From: Eledone cirrhosa
Lineage: Eukaryota
Direction of reading: 5' to 3'
Assembly: GCA_964016885.1 (NCBI GenBank)
Contig: OZ024748.1
Location: forward strand, 15,438,001-15,502,000
Length of the DNA stretch: 64,000 bases
Both the position numbers and the translations under genes were made by a program. How positions within the stretch are numbered: position 1 is the first letter of the stretch; every line of letters starts with the position of its first letter. The notes beneath the pieces were generated by a model that was not told where the DNA came from, did not search any database, and was given only the letters and a program-made list of their open reading frames with translations. This document shows, piece by piece, positions 60,010 to 64,000 of the stretch.

Positions 60010-60274
60010 TTAACTCCTTTGTTACCATATTTTGTATGAAAGAGACTGTCTATGATTTCCAAGTAATTTTTTTAAATACTCAAGAATTTGGAGAGATTTA
60101 TTAATATAACTAACTTTCCAAACACCAAACTGGTGTTTGGAATATAACATAAATAAGTTTCTTACATAAAATTATGACTGAAGGCGTTAAGATAGATATA
60201 AATATTTCAAAACTAATAATTTTGTATAGTAGAATCATGTGTGGTTTCAGGCAGTTTGGTATCTAAAGGGTTAA
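60010..60274. mobile_element. Diverged piggyBac-type MITE
   Basis: ttaactcctttgttacca ... tggtatctaaagggttaa. Confidence 0.5.
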
Positions 60275-61941
60275 GTAATATTCACTAAAGCCAGTAATGA
60301 GACCAGCTTAAAAGAGAGAAGTATTTGATGAAATTTAGTGAGCAGGTGTGTGCTACATGTGTTGATTTGTAAAATTATTCATTACTGATAACTTATTTTG
60401 AACTTTTATAACTTGAAAGAATGAATACTGATGCATTGTACATTCAACATCATCATCACAATTTGTAGTCCATTTTTCCATGTTAGATTGGGCAAGACGA
60501 ATTTTGTGGTGAAACATGTACTGATGGTTGTGGTGAAGATTGTGTGTTAAAACATGTGGGGGAACCATGTAATGAAAAAGATGGTGGGTGTTTGGGTGAA
60601 GCTTGTTAAGAATCAACTAGAGATATTTGTAAACTGCCTAAAGTTAAAACGGATGTGAGTGAAATGATAATTTAAAAAAAAACAAACAAGAAAAAACCTT
60701 TCACTTTTTGACTTAAAGATGCAAGAGGAATTATAAATTTAATGGGGTACAAGATTTGTATTCTTTGCAGGTAGAGGATTAGTGGAAGAAGAAAGTTAGT
60801 TGATTGCAATGGAATTTAATTTGTGATTAAGTCTTGTAAATTGGTAATCAGCTTGGTGAAATAGTGAATTCTAGTCATATGTTTGTAATTATTTAAATAT
60901 AATGAATGCAGACAATGATAAATTCCAGAACAGGTAATTTCAGTTACGGAATTAATTCTACCTTTGAGGCTTAAATGATTTAAAAGTAATCAGTTTTAGT
61001 TTAGATTCAGTGCTGTGAACTATCTTTTAAACTAATAACATGTGTCTTTATAACAACATTCATTGCTCACAGGACATAAAATACAGTGGGTTGGTTGTCT
61101 CACAGCTTCTCTCTCTCCTTACTATGTTTATTAGACAAAGAATGTCACTGTAACAGGTAATTTAAGTCAAAGTTATAAATAGTTGATTGAATATGTTAGA
61201 GTCTGAGGAGAAATTAGATATGAATGGCAATGAATAACATTAAAAAATTATTTTGAAATCTATGTGAAATGTAGCAGCAACAACAACAACAACAAGGAAA
61301 TCATGGAATTCTACTCTGGAGCTATACATTTTCTTTTTACATCACTTTCCTTAACACAATATACTTCTATGAAGATTACCAAATTATTTACTGAAGCTGC
61401 AAAAGGAGAATGAATTAAATACCAACTTGCTTTTGGTTATCACCATTCTTATGTCCGCTTTTCCATGTTGGCATGGGTTGTAAGTAATTTTTATGAGGCA
61501 GTATTTCATAGTGCAGGCTCTTCTTGACACCAATCCATATTTGTTTTTAAGTGCAGTGTCAATTCCACTTATCTTTACTCATTAAACCACTAAGCCACAT
61601 GACAAACAAATGTCACCATACGTATTTTTAAGCCGTGTCAACATGGAGAATGGTGTAGAAACGAACATGCATGCACACACACACTCATACGTTTACAATG
61701 AGCTTTGCCCAGTTTTCATCTACCAAATCTATCTCACAGAGTAGTGCTTAGCTTGATGTTAAAATAAAAGATACTTAAAGCACAAGGTACAATGTAGTGG
61801 AATCCTGAAACCATATGGCTACAAAGCAAACTTCTTAACCACAAAGTCATACCTGCACCTACATTTTAGAAGTAATTCTGGTTTGAATTATTTTTATTGA
61901 AAAATTAACTCGATGATAAATATTATTTTAAAGTAAGGGAT

Positions 61942-62130
61942 CGTGGATTGACAGTATCGGTAGAGGGTCGGACACCATGCTTTGCATCATAGAGTTACGC
62001 CGCTTTACGGTCTGAGTTCAAATCCCGCCGAGGTTAACTTTGCCTTTCATCCTTACGGGGTTGATAAAATAAAGTACCAGTAATGCACTGGGATAATTGC
62101 TGGCCTTGTACCAAAAATGGAAACAATTAT
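61942..62130 (+). mobile_element. SINE family A (tRNA-like head, ~190 bp)
   Basis: B box gagttcaaatccc, core gcctttcatccttacggggttgataaaataaagtaccag, tail gaaacaattatt; ten or more copies or fragments in the window. Confidence 0.9.
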
Positions 62131-62451
62131 TTTAAAGTAAGCATTTAAAAATATCAATTAATTATATGTTAATTTACTAGAATAGTAGACAATCAACAGA
62201 AGTAGACATCAACAAAAGCTGGAATGATGTATTGGTAGATGCCACTGACCCTGGACTTTGGAGAACTGTGGCTACCTCATGTATCTCAAGATGTGGGAGC
62301 TTCTAAGTCTAAGTTATTTAAACAGCACTTAAGTTCAAAATACGTTATTACAGGAAGTTTTAAAAGAAACTGAATCCAATATTTTTGCTTCCAAAATATA
62401 AAATATGTTTTATGGATATTAATGAATAACTGACAATAATCTAATAATAAT

Positions 62452-62655
62452 AATTGTTTCTACTTTAGGCACAAGGCCAGCAATTTGAAGGGGAAGCCAA
62501 TTAAATTGACCCCAGTACTCACTGCTGCTTTATTTTATCGACCCCATAAGGGTGAAAAGCAAAGCTAACCTCAGTGGGATTTGAATAATGTAAAGGGCTG
62601 TAATTCTATGCTGCAAAGCATGGTGTCTAACACTCTACCAATACTGCCAATCCAT
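62452..62655 (-). mobile_element. SINE family A
   Basis: Reverse-complement similarity to 61942-62130. Confidence 0.85.
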
Positions 62656-62689
62656 TATATAATAATAATAATAATAATAATAATAGATC

Positions 62690-62945
62690 AAATCAACAAG
62701 GTCTGAGACCTCATTTGCTTACCAAATGGGGTGGAACTCATCAGATTGGATGAAGGAAACAATGTTTCCATTGGTCATTCTAATTGCTGGTACTATCTGC
62801 TGGTCAAATCTCTTGGCAGAAGAAGCAATGTGAAATAAAGTGTCTTTCTTGCTTAACAATATAACGCATCGCTCAGCCCGGGAATCAAACTCACAACATC
62901 ACAACTATGAATCCAAATCATTAACAACTACACCAGGTACCTTCA
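62690..62945 (-). mobile_element. SINE family D (tRNA head similar to B/C, distinct body)
   Basis: Body cctcatttg.tt.ccaa.tggggtggaactc...aacaatgtt.ccattggtc also at ~1445-1575, ~7510-7640 and, inverted, ~58360-58490. Confidence 0.65.
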
Positions 62946-64000
62946 CAATATTTAATTATTAGATTAAATTAATTTCAATTTTTAAAGTTATTGAAGATTT
63001 TTGGCTATACACTTGACCAGTTAATGCCACCTATTAGCTTGGCACTGACCTGGGTGTTCTGTCCATCTGCCATTTTTATCAATTTGTCTTATCTTAGAAG
63101 GATGTCTTCCCAGACTAACAAGTCCTTCTTCTCAGTCAAAATATATTGACTGGACACTGACCAAGACACTGTCAGCCAGGTATTTTTGTTCACTTGTCTT
63201 AGAAGAATGTCTTCCCAGACAAATGAGACCTTCTCCCCAACCCTGTAATATATAAACCATTGTCTTTTGGCTAGTCCACCAATAGATCTTTACTTATGAT
63301 CCATTGGCAAGTTACATACTTATTTACAGAATATACTAATAAATCCTTATGACACAATCCATCCAGGAGCCTATATAGCATCGGGGTGATTTATGCATTT
63401 CATTCACCAACCTTTTGCAGGTGCTATTGTTTTGGGTCAGAACACACCTGAGTGTTGTGTTGGCTAAGAACGGCAGAAAGAAGAAGAAATAAAGGGACGA
63501 ATCTAAAGAATATATGAAGGTGATCAGAGAAGAGAATATATAAGACCAGTTTAGACAAAAAGTCTGTGCTGCTTTATCTCAAAGAAAAAGAAGACTTTCA
63601 ATTTTATCTCTTTCAATATTGGACAAGCATATTTGTAAAATAATATATAATTATCTAGATAAAAAGAAATGTCTTTAAAATTAAATGACTAAATGATAAT
63701 CTTTATAGCATGCTGTAAGAGCTTAAAATCAAAAATTCTAGACAGTGTAGTATTACTATTGATCAGAGATCAAAGTATGTGAAATAAAAACATATAATAC
63801 TAAAACGATATGGTCAGCAATTAGGCAAAGAAGTAGAAATCTGATAATAACAGACGGATGTAATAGTTTCAAGAGTTTCATTTAATTTCTACTTCAATTT
63901 CTACTTAAACATATCTTTAATGTATTTTTGCTTTCTTTTGTTTTTTGTTATTGTTGTTTTTAACAATGTAGGTGAAGACATGGCTATGTGGTTCTAAATT

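Overview
AT-rich, repeat-saturated animal genomic DNA. The SINE/LINE tails and the very long (TA)n/(CA)n/(GA)n tracts resemble octopus (cephalopod) sequence; this is inferred, not verified. No complete protein-coding gene is visible, and nearly all listed ORFs are microsatellite artefacts. The window holds a 200-N gap (2827-3026), a near-identical duplication (1-2826 vs 6051-8793, probably an assembly overlap), RTE and CR1/L2 LINE 3' fragments, several tRNA-derived SINE families, Tc1/mariner-, hAT- and piggyBac-type MITEs, and a Penelope-like GIY-YIG fragment. It also has a candidate first coding exon on the minus strand (20133-20061). The main unannotated signal is a dense set of type I hammerhead-ribozyme motifs (CUGANGA-stem II-GAAA-stem III-UH): about 16 with intact cores plus about 8 degenerate ones. 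They belong to several families, sit mostly next to (TA)n tracts, and often occur as inverted pairs, which fits Penelope-like pseudo-LTR or retrozyme-like elements. A second theme is repeated tandem amplification of retroelement 3' ends (95 bp x13, 61 bp x12, about 192 bp x3.5, about 118 bp x3). All calls are by eye; no database search or folding program was run.
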